Position numbers and translations under genes: made by a program. Shown piece by piece: positions 8,848 to 18,891 of a stretch of DNA of 55,042 nucleotides. Numbering within the stretch: position 1 is the stretch's first letter; every line of letters starts with the position of its first letter. Source of the stretch: a virus (taxonomy: Duplodnaviria > Caudoviricetes); the IMG/VR virus record IMGVR_UViG_3300042908_001089, positions 1 through 55,042 of that record, one strand, 5' to 3'. The notes under the pieces were generated by a model. It did not search any database. It was not told where the DNA came from and worked only from the letters and a program-made list of their open reading frames with translations.

Positions 8848-9395
8848 TAGAAGTTCTGGCCTCCAATCATTGCGTACCAAGTTGTGCCAGCATCCCATGT
8901 TGTCAAAACAAATATATCTACTTTTGTACTCGTAGATGTCAGGGTTGGGGCTGTTCCGCTAGGCCATTTAACAGAAGCTGGCCAAGTCACAGCCCTAGCA
9001 GTGCCATCCATCGTGAAGGCTAAAGTGAGTCCGTATGCGGTTCCAGAGGCTGGAATATTGCTGAAAGTGATGCTTGTAATCGCTGCGTTGAGCGAAACAT
9101 GGAACACATTCCCGAGTGCACAATTTAAAGCCAACACACCACTGGCAATCGTTGGTGCAGTTTTTACTTCGTTTAGTCCAGAGATAGAGTTATTTGAAAT
9201 TTCAACCCATTGCGATGAGGTTCCATCATTTATATAGATTAATAAAGCTGCATTATTAGAATCAAACCACATGTCTCCTGGAGTAGGATTTATGGGTGGC
9301 GTAATGGACATAGTATAAACAAGTCCAGAAGACGGCCCTTGAAAGGATGAACCCTTTTTTGTTGTAGCCGGATTGTAATGAAACGCTCCTGGCAT
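8847..9395 (-). CDS. Putative tail fibre / virion appendage protein
   Basis: PTPGDMWFDS..LLIY..QWVEI module; VTWPASVKWPSGTAPTL..DIFVL..T.D.GTTWY domain; TAATG coupling. Confidence 0.7.
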   Translation of the reverse strand: MPGAFHYNPATTKKGSSFQGPSSGLVYTMSITPPINPTPGDMWFDSNNAALLIYINDGTSSQWVEISNNSISGLNEVKTAPTIASGVLALNCALGNVFHVSLNAAITSITFSNIPASGTAYGLTLAFTMDGTARAVTWPASVKWPSGTAPTLTSTSTKVDIFVLTTWDAGTTWYAMIGGQNF

Positions 9396-9841
9396 TAATA
9401 TGCTCCCCCCATCACGCAAACTTGCAATGCATTAGTACTAGCAGTAGTAGTAACACTAACAGAAGCAAAGAGTTTAAAAGTAGATGGTAAAACAAGAGGA
9501 TTAGCAAAAGTTAATGTGGTTGTAAACCCCGCAACAGTAGTCGAAGGAGTTATAGCAGTCACAAGTATTTCTGTAAATAAGAAAGCTGTAGTACCATCCC
9601 ATACCCAAATGCCTACTATGTTACCGGCAGTTGCTGATGTAAAAGAAGTAGAGCAAGCATTAACTTGAATACTATCAATCCTTAGCCCATTGGTAGAAGT
9701 CGGCACAACTTCTATGATGTTTGCTGCTGCAAGGCTAGCTGTTGCTGTTGGGCCTCTAGTGGTACAAGCTGTTTGTGCTGCTAGTGTCTTTGCTACAAAG
9801 TATGGTGCTTGAGCAAATATAGGTGTTGCTGTTACTGGCAT
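9395..9841 (-). CDS. Putative virion structural protein
   Basis: Thr/Ala-rich beta protein, PIF..P N-terminus, GGAY C-terminus, coupled to neighbours. Confidence 0.65.
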   Translation of the reverse strand: MPVTATPIFAQAPYFVAKTLAAQTACTTRGPTATASLAAANIIEVVPTSTNGLRIDSIQVNACSTSFTSATAGNIVGIWVWDGTTAFLFTEILVTAITPSTTVAGFTTTLTFANPLVLPSTFKLFASVSVTTTASTNALQVCVMGGAY

Positions 9842-12042
9842 TATAAACCTCCAAAATTGTTAGCTAAGAAAATATCGCTTCCTGGTGACTTAGAAGTTTG
9901 TGTACCCCAAGAAGGTGCTGCTGTTCCATTGGATTGCAATACTTGCCCAGCTGTTCCTGCTGCAAGAAAGCTTGTTGCACCTGATGCTGTGTTGTAAGGT
10001 ATCTGCCCTGCACCACCGCCAGCGAGACTAGTTGCAGTTGATGCGTTCCCTGTTAACTCTGCGGTGATAGTGCCAGCAGAAAAGTTACCAGAAGCATCTC
10101 GTTGAACTACATAAGAAGCAGTATTTGCACTCGCTGCATTTATTCCGATTGTGCCAGTTCCAGTTATCGTTCCACCTGTTATTGGTGAGGTAGTTTCAAT
10201 AGATGTTACTGTTCCGGTGTTTGCTGTATACGCCGTTGTATCTAGAGCAAAAGTGCCTGCAGCAGTCATTTTAACAAATGAGGCAGAGACATAGGTTAAT
10301 CCAGATAAAGAAGTCAAGTTGGTAGACGAAGCTTGCCCGCCTAGCCCGCTTAAGGTATAGGTTGGAATATTAAGCGTATTTGAAGTAAGAGTTGCAGAAC
10401 CACTTGAACCAGTAACAGTCAAAGATGTTATTCGATTTGTGTACGCTGTGTTAAAGTTACTCCAATCAGCAGAACTTAAAGCACCTCTATTGGTTGCAGA
10501 TGCAGTTGGAATATTTAAAGTTATAACAGGAGTTGTTGTTCCTGTTGCAACTGTACTGGACACATCCGTTCCAGTCGTTCCTAAAGTTAAAGCTGCAACT
10601 GATGTAACTGTTCCAGAACCTACCGATGACCACGATAAGATACCGCTTGCGTTAGTAGTTAATGCTTGACCCGCTGTTCCATCTGCTGCGGGGAGTGTCC
10701 AAATTACAGTTGAGGCAATACTATCTGGTGCTTTAAATCCTACAGACTGAGATCCATTAGCTGCTAATTCTTGAAAATGAAGATTGTTGGTGCTACCAGC
10801 AGTAGTACTAGTTGGACCTAAGAATACATTTCCGTTACTACTGATTGTAAAAACATTGGCAAAATTAGGAAACTTGCTTGAGTAAACTTGAGCTTGAAAT
10901 AAATTTCCTGTTTGACCATTTGCCCCTAAGACTGTAATTCCATGCCCAGCAGTTGTCCCTGTTAAAACTCTTAAAGCATAAGAATTAGATATAGCTATAG
11001 AATTTCCAGCAATAGGTGCAGAGTCTATATGTACAGTTGCTGCTCCTGTCATACCAGCCATAATAGAACCAACTATACTATATGTTGGAGCTTGTATTCT
11101 AATGCCTTTTTGAAGTGGTGTTTGTGCCCAAGCAAAAGATACTGTTCTTGCAAGATTAATATCTATATCAATACATTCAGAACCCGTAGTTAGATTAGTG
11201 TGTGCAGGGGCTGTTACAGTAAGACATTTAGATGCTGCTGTATTAGATTGACTTAATGGTGCAATAGTAAGGTTTCTAGTAGTAGCTGAACCAACTGTAG
11301 TTATATTTGTTGAACCAGCCCAAGTAGACAGTGCTGTGTTTTCAACATTATTAAGGTTTAAACTTGTTCTGCCTGTCGCTGCTACTAGGTTTGTTCCCCC
11401 ACCATCCCATTGAAGCCTTTGCGTATAAGCTGTATCCCAATTTGTTTGAGAAGATGTTGTTGGAATTGAATAACCAGTATCAAAGGTTACTGCTAATGTT
11501 CCAGTTGTTGTAACAGGATTTCCACTCACCAACAAACCAGTAGGAACAGACATATCAACAGAAGTTACTGTTCCAGATCCACCAGCGTTATTATAATCAG
11601 AAATTAAAACAGGGGTTTTACTTGCATCTCCAATCCATACTTTCTTATCAATTATATTAGCAGCAAGCTCACCCTCTAAAAGCGAAGTGGGAACAGAAGT
11701 AGTTGTGCTACTTCTTTTTATTCTTATTGTATTTGGGGTAGGTGTAGGGGTAGGTGTAGGAGTTGGGGTTGGGGTAGTTCCACAAGCTCCATCTGTTACT
11801 GTAGGGGCAGGGCCACTTGTGTAACCAGTCTGCCATCCGGTAGTTGCCGGAGTAGCTGCATTTCCATAAGCCACATAGAGGAAAGTACCTTGGTAGCGTA
11901 TCATCCAACCAAAATCTCTGTCCCCAAAGTCATTTTCATATTCTATTTGTGTGTTAGCATCTTTAATCCAAAGGCTACCACTTTGTGTGTAAGTTCCGTT
12001 GGCATTATTATCTCCAGCACCCGAAACGCAAATACTAGGCAC
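9841..12042 (-). CDS. Tail fibre protein
   Basis: (PT)n linker, internal IRIKRS..GELAAN module, GTVTSV repeats, Gly/Thr-rich. Confidence 0.8.
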   Translation of the reverse strand: MPSICVSGAGDNNANGTYTQSGSLWIKDANTQIEYENDFGDRDFGWMIRYQGTFLYVAYGNAATPATTGWQTGYTSGPAPTVTDGACGTTPTPTPTPTPTPTPNTIRIKRSSTTTSVPTSLLEGELAANIIDKKVWIGDASKTPVLISDYNNAGGSGTVTSVDMSVPTGLLVSGNPVTTTGTLAVTFDTGYSIPTTSSQTNWDTAYTQRLQWDGGGTNLVAATGRTSLNLNNVENTALSTWAGSTNITTVGSATTRNLTIAPLSQSNTAASKCLTVTAPAHTNLTTGSECIDIDINLARTVSFAWAQTPLQKGIRIQAPTYSIVGSIMAGMTGAATVHIDSAPIAGNSIAISNSYALRVLTGTTAGHGITVLGANGQTGNLFQAQVYSSKFPNFANVFTISSNGNVFLGPTSTTAGSTNNLHFQELAANGSQSVGFKAPDSIASTVIWTLPAADGTAGQALTTNASGILSWSSVGSGTVTSVAALTLGTTGTDVSSTVATGTTTPVITLNIPTASATNRGALSSADWSNFNTAYTNRITSLTVTGSSGSATLTSNTLNIPTYTLSGLGGQASSTNLTSLSGLTYVSASFVKMTAAGTFALDTTAYTANTGTVTSIETTSPITGGTITGTGTIGINAASANTASYVVQRDASGNFSAGTITAELTGNASTATSLAGGGAGQIPYNTASGATSFLAAGTAGQVLQSNGTAAPSWGTQTSKSPGSDIFLANNFGGL

Positions 12043-13232
12043 TAAAATGTACCTCCATCAATATCCACACCGTTGATTGCCGTTGCAGAAAGAACGGTTG
12101 TGCCGTTAATTTTTATTGTTTTGTTAACGGCTAGATTTACATGCTCAGAAAAATCCCAGGAAGCCGTTCCTGTGGTATAGATAATTGTATGATCTGTAGC
12201 ACCGTGAAGAGTTATGCCACCACCGGTAGCCGCGGCCTCGGTGGAAGAACCCATTGCTAGTTCGATGTTCTTGTCTTGGACAGTTAATGTGCTAGAGCTA
12301 ATAGTAGTGGTAGCCCCTTGAACTGTTAGATTTCCGGTTACGACTAACGCACCAGATACAGTACCGCCAGAAGAAGGAAGATAAGCAAGGGCAGGGACAT
12401 CAGCAGCCACCAAAGATCTAAAACTTGGAGTTCCAGCAGATCCCGTACTAGGCCCTGCAAAGACTGTGTTAATAGCTTGCGAAGCTAAGTTGATAGCTAA
12501 GGTTCCGGAAGAAGTGATAGGAGAACCAGATACAGAAAGAATGTTTGGAACGGTTAACGCTACGCTAGTTACAGTACCTGCGTTAGGTGTTATATATTCA
12601 ATGTCGGTTCCACCACTATTAACAGCTACAACTTTGTTAGCATTTCCTGTGTAAGAAGGAAGCAGAGAAGTTCTTGCAGCTAAAGCTGTAGTTGATCCGG
12701 TGCCTCCTTGTGAAACACTTAAAGCTGTAGTTAACCCTGTGATAGATGTAATATCATTGTTAGCCCCTAAGACGGCTGCTGAAAGGCTAGAGCGAGCTCC
12801 CGCTGCCGTGGTAGAAGCAGTTCCACCTTGAGCTATGCTTAGTGCTGTAGTTAATCCTGTTAGTGAAGTTATGTCACCGTTTGATCCAGAAGCAGCAGCT
12901 CCCAAATTAGTTCTAGCTCCAGATGCCGTGGAAGCTCCAGTACCTCCGTCTGCAATCGCAAGGTCGGTGATGCCCGAAATTGTTCCTCCGGTGATTGCAA
13001 TACTTGAAAAGGTTTTTACAGCAGAAATAGTTTGAGCTGTAGTAGTTGTCATAAAGGCCCCAGTTCCCGCTATAGGAACTACCGAGGTAGAAAAACCTAC
13101 ACTATTGTCGCCATACCCGTAGTATAAGGTGTTGTCGTTTTCGTTATACGCAAGCTCAGCAGGAGCAAGCTGACTGGGAGCCCCAGCAGCCCCAACAGCA
13201 GAACGACGTTTAATGCGAATAGTATTTGCCAT
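12042..13232 (-). CDS. Tail fibre protein
   Basis: MANTIRIKRR..ELAYN, LAIADGGTG/SGAN.DITSL repeats, DGGTF end. Confidence 0.82.
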   Translation of the reverse strand: MANTIRIKRRSAVGAAGAPSQLAPAELAYNENDNTLYYGYGDNSVGFSTSVVPIAGTGAFMTTTTAQTISAVKTFSSIAITGGTISGITDLAIADGGTGASTASGARTNLGAAASGSNGDITSLTGLTTALSIAQGGTASTTAAGARSSLSAAVLGANNDITSITGLTTALSVSQGGTGSTTALAARTSLLPSYTGNANKVVAVNSGGTDIEYITPNAGTVTSVALTVPNILSVSGSPITSSGTLAINLASQAINTVFAGPSTGSAGTPSFRSLVAADVPALAYLPSSGGTVSGALVVTGNLTVQGATTTISSSTLTVQDKNIELAMGSSTEAAATGGGITLHGATDHTIIYTTGTASWDFSEHVNLAVNKTIKINGTTVLSATAINGVDIDGGTF

Positions 13233-13246
13233 GAGTTAGAATCCTT

Positions 13247-13519
13247 TTAAAAATTTCCACCGTCAAGAACGGAGGTGTTAACATTAGTCCATTTACCGCT
13301 CATATAAGTTAACGCTTCTGATGTGTTAGGTGAGGTAATAGCAACATCGGCTAAGTCTCCCAAAGCTACAGGAGTACCAATCATTAATCGGGGGACATTA
13401 GAATTGTCGGCAACCCATATTTTGCGGTCAGGTATATTGACAGCCATTTCCCCGGAATCTAAATTCGTAGGGACGTTACCAGGAACAAAAGATCGTTTAG
13501 GTTTAAATATAACCGGCAT
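13247..13519 (-). CDS. Small fibre adaptor-like protein
   Basis: FKPKRS..GEMAVN..D.KIWV N-module, LGDLADV, DGGNF end. Confidence 0.7.
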   Translation of the reverse strand: MPVIFKPKRSFVPGNVPTNLDSGEMAVNIPDRKIWVADNSNVPRLMIGTPVALGDLADVAITSPNTSEALTYMSGKWTNVNTSVLDGGNF

Positions 13520-13585
13520 TGTAAACCTTGGCTTTTAGTAATATTTAGGCACATTGTTATATAGCTACCTTGGTTTTTACGCAAG

Positions 13586-14323
13586 CTACCGAAGGTAATC
13601 TTTCCAATGCTGCCAACCTTCACAATCAAAATGGCGGTCTAAAGTTAAGCCAAACCTGTTTGCAACTTCTTGGTATTCTGTTTTAGAGGAAGAGCAATGC
13701 CATAAAGTATCTTGATGTTTGTGATATCTTTGAGGGCCAAATAAAGAAGTGTAATGAAAATTAGGGCCAAAGTGTTTGGTGTACATATCTAAAAAGAAGT
13801 ATTCTAATACTTGATCTGAATTCATAGCAAAAGGATAAAAGCTATTTAAAACCTCAGCGTCATACCAAGGCTCTACTCTAAGTAAACAAGCTTCTGTTCT
13901 TAGTTTAAAGTCGTGTTTCCCTTGCAAGCAAGGCTGGGTAGAAAGATTAAAGCCTGTTCCTTCTACTTCCGAAACCCAGCGATTTGCCCAATTGTGCATA
14001 TCAAACATAAAGCGTTGTGATAATTTGACCACCCACTTTAATCCATTCATTTTAGCCCAGAAGATACCGGAGTAAAACGCGGTAAGATCGCCCCCTCCAT
14101 GTCCTAAGCGTATGGGGTTTGACCATAAAAAAACATTGCGGTAGGTTTTTGAAATGCGTACAAAGTCCGTGAAGGGCTGCTGGTCTGCATAACCGGGTGT
14201 GCAGTCATCTGAAATCAATATTGGGATATCCCCACAATGAAAACGGATGAGGTTGATTTGCACTTCCGCTAACTTAGGGTAAGCGTAACAACCTAAAACA
14301 ACACCTACAGAACTTTTAGTCAT
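13586..14323 (-). CDS. Putative glycosyltransferase (GT-A / family 2-like)
   Basis: VGVVLGCY..P N-terminus, ILISDDCT, N..RLGHGGG. Confidence 0.6.
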   Translation of the reverse strand: MTKSSVGVVLGCYAYPKLAEVQINLIRFHCGDIPILISDDCTPGYADQQPFTDFVRISKTYRNVFLWSNPIRLGHGGGDLTAFYSGIFWAKMNGLKWVVKLSQRFMFDMHNWANRWVSEVEGTGFNLSTQPCLQGKHDFKLRTEACLLRVEPWYDAEVLNSFYPFAMNSDQVLEYFFLDMYTKHFGPNFHYTSLFGPQRYHKHQDTLWHCSSSKTEYQEVANRFGLTLDRHFDCEGWQHWKDYLR

Positions 14324-14334
14324 AGGTTTAGTCC

Positions 14335-14766
14335 TTAAGGAACATCAGCTTCGTATTCTAAACAAGTAAGACAAGACTTGACTGTGCTGTAATGAGTACC
14401 GCGATGACAGAATTGATGCACTTCGCAATGGTGTATAAATTTCATAGGGCAATTGCAGGAGCTACGATCTACTACATTGCCTAAACTAACACAAGGTAAA
14501 GATCGGTTTAAATGGACTTTGGGGGTGGGGTTACCAAGTTCTGCATTAGGGCTAAAGGAGATGTTTCCTTGGTTAGATTCAAGAGATTTAATAGGAATCC
14601 CTTTTCGCGTTTCAGATTTAGGTTTTTGATCTCCTTCGACTCGCCCCCACCTTTTGCCATACTCATCATCAAACCAATAAAGGTAACAGGCTCGGCAATA
14701 GCCTAAAGCAAACTTTCCATTGAGTGGAACTTTATCGCAAGTGCAAGGTCTTAGTTTATTGCTCAT
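14335..14766 (-). CDS. Cys-rich hypothetical protein
   Basis: CTC, CRAC, CNC, HHCEVHQFC, CLTC motifs. Confidence 0.7.
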   Translation of the reverse strand: MSNKLRPCTCDKVPLNGKFALGYCRACYLYWFDDEYGKRWGRVEGDQKPKSETRKGIPIKSLESNQGNISFSPNAELGNPTPKVHLNRSLPCVSLGNVVDRSSCNCPMKFIHHCEVHQFCHRGTHYSTVKSCLTCLEYEADVP

Positions 14767-16892
14767 GCTATAGAATACCTTTCTCTTATTTCAATGGCAT
14801 CAATGCCGTACACAAACTTAAATATTTTGGTGAACTTAGGGTTGGCGACCACTTTACCTACGATTAAAACCGGACGAAATAGTTGAGGGACATATTGGTT
14901 TTCAATATAGTTTGGATCATTTACATTTCCTGTTTGCACAGGCTTTGGATAAAAATGAAAACAGTAGTCTGTAAGGACAAAAAATTCTTCGCAGACAACA
15001 GGTGGGACTGCAAACTCATCTGTCATCTTTTCGTTGTAAATATCAGTTTGACCTTTCCCCATGTTGCGAGGAAGGTAAAATTGAAAGGTAACATAGGTAA
15101 AATTTAAGTTGTCGTAGATTCCAATGTCTGTTTCAAAACGAAAAGTTTTTAATTTAACTTCAATATATTTTCGTTCGGTTTTATCCCATTTGCCTTGAAC
15201 GGTGTAAACAACATTAGCGTAACTAATGATGTCAAAAGCTACCGTGTGTTTATAAAAAGAGGAAGCACAGTTGCTAGTAAACTCATAGGTTTCAATATTT
15301 CCTACGGTATCAATTAAGATACCCTCTGACATCGTAGATATTCCGTAAAGAGGGAATTCAAAAAGGCGGGTAAGCTCAGGGTAGCGTTTACTATAACCGT
15401 TGTACTTAACTAAGAATTCTCGAGCTTGATCTGTTTTTAGTAAATTAGATTGAGGAGTATCTATGATAACAAGTGGGTCTTCGTAAAGAGTTCCACGGCT
15501 TTCTACCATTAAAGTTTTAATAGTCATAGAAACTAAAACAATAGCTCCAGCTCCTATTTGTCCGTCTAACCCTACCTCGCCTATGTCTTCAATAGAAACT
15601 GTAGGTTGGCTAAAAAATGTTCCTTTTTTGTAAAGAGCTATAGAAGTAATGATTCCAAGACTATCTTTTTGAACATGCCCTACAACTTTTTCTTCTACTG
15701 TTGCGGTAGCAACAGCTCCAGAACCGTGACCTTCTCGAGCTGTTATTGTAATAGCAGGGTTTTTAGAATAACCAGAACCTCCCGAAATCAAATCAATTGA
15801 AGTTATAACTCCATCTTCAATAGTAATGCTTATCTGAGCATTACCTTCGATAGTTACTACAGGTGGTTCATCATATCCTGACCCTCCATTAACAAGGGTT
15901 ACAGAGGTTACTTTTCCCGGATTGTCTGTAGTCTCGTTTCCAAAAACAATATCCTCTCCACCACCTCCAGATATTTTAACTTTTACTTTATCGTAATAAC
16001 GACCAGGATTAATAATAGCTAGTTGTAGTATTTCTAAGTTGCTAGATGCTGCACCGTTTTGACCTGTGTTGTCTTCAAAGGTTACGCTTGGGTTAGAAAC
16101 AAAACCAAACCCCGGATGATTAAGAGTTAAACTTTCTATTTCATCCGAATCTAAATTAGCAAATCCATTTGCTTTTAACTCAGGTACATCAGATAGCTTG
16201 CTCTTATCTGCAACTACTATAGGGTTAACGTAGTTTAAACCTTTAGAAACCATAACAACTTCAGTAATACCAAAGTATGCTTTAAGAATAGCCACATCTT
16301 CTAAGTCATTAGGACGCGAAGTGTCTTTGATTTTTATTGTAAAATCTAAAGGAAAAGAAGAGTTAAACGGTATAGCCTCAAAACTTCCGGGGTCAAGGAC
16401 TCGTATTGAAGTAAATTTCCCTTCTTCAATTACAGGTTGTAAAACAGGTTTAGTTCTCATCCTTACGTTTTCATTTACAGTATAAGTAAGAACAGGGGAG
16501 GTGTAGTTTTTACCTGACTCTCTTATGTCTACCATAAAAACACCAAGCCTAGCGTATGCAACAGCATCTCTTCCTGTTATAAAAGTATCAATAATACTTA
16601 TGACAGGTACGCTTACATAACCAAGACCGGGGCTTTTTACCGTAACGCTTTCTATTCTTTTATTGCTGTTTAGATTTATGTTAGGCCTTAAAGACGAATT
16701 AGTGTCTGTAACAATCTGAGAAAAAGAACACCCTTGATCATTTGCTTGTTTATAAATAAGTTTAAATTTTCTTAAGAACACCTTGCGTTTGATTAAATGA
16801 AAACCACGAATGACTCGCACACGCAAAGGGCAAGGGATTGCCGGAGGCGATTCTAAGGTAACAGTAGGTTTGATGATAAAAGTTTTTTTCAT
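14763..16892 (-). CDS. Putative virion protein with G-x-GY..P-V-I repeats
   Basis: Repeated SVTLVNGGSGYDEPPVVTI-type units; ATGA coupling. Confidence 0.7.
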   Translation of the reverse strand: MKKTFIIKPTVTLESPPAIPCPLRVRVIRGFHLIKRKVFLRKFKLIYKQANDQGCSFSQIVTDTNSSLRPNINLNSNKRIESVTVKSPGLGYVSVPVISIIDTFITGRDAVAYARLGVFMVDIRESGKNYTSPVLTYTVNENVRMRTKPVLQPVIEEGKFTSIRVLDPGSFEAIPFNSSFPLDFTIKIKDTSRPNDLEDVAILKAYFGITEVVMVSKGLNYVNPIVVADKSKLSDVPELKANGFANLDSDEIESLTLNHPGFGFVSNPSVTFEDNTGQNGAASSNLEILQLAIINPGRYYDKVKVKISGGGGEDIVFGNETTDNPGKVTSVTLVNGGSGYDEPPVVTIEGNAQISITIEDGVITSIDLISGGSGYSKNPAITITAREGHGSGAVATATVEEKVVGHVQKDSLGIITSIALYKKGTFFSQPTVSIEDIGEVGLDGQIGAGAIVLVSMTIKTLMVESRGTLYEDPLVIIDTPQSNLLKTDQAREFLVKYNGYSKRYPELTRLFEFPLYGISTMSEGILIDTVGNIETYEFTSNCASSFYKHTVAFDIISYANVVYTVQGKWDKTERKYIEVKLKTFRFETDIGIYDNLNFTYVTFQFYLPRNMGKGQTDIYNEKMTDEFAVPPVVCEEFFVLTDYCFHFYPKPVQTGNVNDPNYIENQYVPQLFRPVLIVGKVVANPKFTKIFKFVYGIDAIEIRERYSIA

Positions 16893-18877
16893 CGGTTAAC
16901 AATCCGGGGTTTAGCTCCGTATCCGCAATAGTTATATTTCAAATACTCATGAACTAATTGAGGTTTAAAGGTATCTCTAAAATAAAAAGTACCATAAGCA
17001 TTTATAAAAGAACGATCATACACTCTCATGATTTCATATTGTTGTTCTTCTATTGGAAGGTATTCGTTAACTCCGTTTTCAATAACTCGTTCGGTGTAGT
17101 AGGTTTCGTCTAATGTCCAAACCTTTTCATATTTAGTGCAATTGTTAATATTGATATCAATCTCATCTCGATTGCCTGCACTATCTTGCACACGAAGTTT
17201 TAATGTTTGCTTTATCCAGCGTCCATGCTCTGTATGTCCGTACACATGGTATCCACGGTTATGCATAACAAACAAAATTGTGTTTTCATTTACTTGGGTA
17301 AACAAGAATTGTTCTGGCTTTACTCCAAAGTTGGTTGTGGGTAAAGGATATATTTGATTAACGGATTGATCCTTCTTGTAATTAGTTTTGTAAGAGTTGA
17401 TATCGTAATCACGGTAATTAATAGTTTTGCTACTCGGGTCAGGTTTCCAAACAGAAGTAGATAATCCTGTCTCTGGATCTATGTCACCAGGTTCAAAGTA
17501 CCAGTATCCAAACCAATCTGGGTTTTGGTTGGCAGGGGTATGAAACGCAGCAGGCTTGTAAGTATAGTCTAAAGCGTTGTAAAAGTTAAAACGATAAGGA
17601 GGAACACCCCCTGTGACGGTAATAGAACGAGTAGCGTTATAGTTGTAGTTCACTTCAAAGTTAGCGGTAAGGCGGACATTCTCGCAACTACCAAATGCAT
17701 AATTTTGTAAGCTTAAATCTAAAGCTCCGCTCTTACCTCCGTTGTTAGCGTAGTCAGGGGTTCGACTTTTTATATCAAAGCGTCCTTCGTAACGCAGGTT
17801 TTTTACTTTGTCTTTGATAAGAATCCCTACAAACCAATCGTCAGGTTCTACAGGAAAAGAAGGTATGTTTAATAATCCGTTTTTGGAAAGAGTAGAACCT
17901 AACGGAACTTTTGAGATGCCAAACGAAAACTCTACGTCATGCGTATTTCTGTTATGGTTAAACGACCAAGTGTAAGATGATAAGCACAATCCGTCTGGAA
18001 GTCGTTTACCACCTCCTTCAGAATTAGGTAACGCAAGGTAATCTAAAAAAAGAAAAAAGGGCTCTACTCCTGTTATATCCCAATAGCGTAAAACAATTTC
18101 TGTTTTGTCTGGGTTTCGCCTAGCCCATACTGTTCCTACTTTTTCATCTGTTCCGTTTTCACAAACCAAAGTGATGCCATCATTTACTGATTCTGTAGGG
18201 TACAAATTCATGCGAAAGATATTTGAGATTGCTGTGTTAGTAAAATGATTGGGAGTCATTATATCAAAATTTTCTTTGCTTGCATGAATCAAACGGTAGA
18301 GCCAAGAGACAGGTTGAGGAAATTGGTTAAAAAAATAACTAGGGTTCATTAAGATTTCAACACTCTCTGAACCTTCGTAGATCGAGTTTACTACTTTGGT
18401 TGTTGCAAGTTCTTCTTCGTTATCTAGTAAAGATGAAAATCGATTCCAGATTAACTCTGTAGTTCCGATAAGGATAGGGTCGGCATTAACAAGAGAGTAG
18501 CTTGAGTTTTTGTTGGCTGCACCATTTTCTACAAAGACATAAGATCCTTTTTTCAATTGTCCGTTAGTCTTGGCATCGCTAGCTCTTGCCCAAGCTCCCT
18601 GCTCTACAATGTAAATACCGTTTTCTTTTTTTTCATTTTGATCTTTAACTAATACTCGTTCCCCTGCTGAAACAAAAACCGCATCTATAATTTTTTCACC
18701 GTTTAAATTCAGATTAAAAATACTAGCAGCTACTACATTATCATGTTTGTCTGTAGGGTTTTCATCGCAGCGTTTAGTATCGCAGCAATAAGGGTCTTGC
18801 ATAAAAGTGGGAGAGATAAAAACGCGAGTGCGATCTACTCGTATACCAAGAACAGAATTTTTTTTATTGGTTGCCAT
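16889..18877 (-). CDS. Putative tail/virion protein
   Basis: RVLVKDQ..ENGIY.V..W.RA.DA domain shared with 22897-24354. Confidence 0.7.
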   Translation of the reverse strand: MATNKKNSVLGIRVDRTRVFISPTFMQDPYCCDTKRCDENPTDKHDNVVAASIFNLNLNGEKIIDAVFVSAGERVLVKDQNEKKENGIYIVEQGAWARASDAKTNGQLKKGSYVFVENGAANKNSSYSLVNADPILIGTTELIWNRFSSLLDNEEELATTKVVNSIYEGSESVEILMNPSYFFNQFPQPVSWLYRLIHASKENFDIMTPNHFTNTAISNIFRMNLYPTESVNDGITLVCENGTDEKVGTVWARRNPDKTEIVLRYWDITGVEPFFLFLDYLALPNSEGGGKRLPDGLCLSSYTWSFNHNRNTHDVEFSFGISKVPLGSTLSKNGLLNIPSFPVEPDDWFVGILIKDKVKNLRYEGRFDIKSRTPDYANNGGKSGALDLSLQNYAFGSCENVRLTANFEVNYNYNATRSITVTGGVPPYRFNFYNALDYTYKPAAFHTPANQNPDWFGYWYFEPGDIDPETGLSTSVWKPDPSSKTINYRDYDINSYKTNYKKDQSVNQIYPLPTTNFGVKPEQFLFTQVNENTILFVMHNRGYHVYGHTEHGRWIKQTLKLRVQDSAGNRDEIDININNCTKYEKVWTLDETYYTERVIENGVNEYLPIEEQQYEIMRVYDRSFINAYGTFYFRDTFKPQLVHEYLKYNYCGYGAKPRIVNR

Positions 18878-18891
18878 ATAGCCCTAATGAG

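Noticed and set aside
13524-13580. ACCTTGG(C/T)TTTTA doublet as a late promoter
   Set aside because: Not found in the other late intergenic regions I inspected
14763-16892. Contractile tail sheath or myovirus baseplate
   Set aside because: Only generic G.GY..P repeats; no sheath gene beside the tube genes and no baseplate J-like gene recognised
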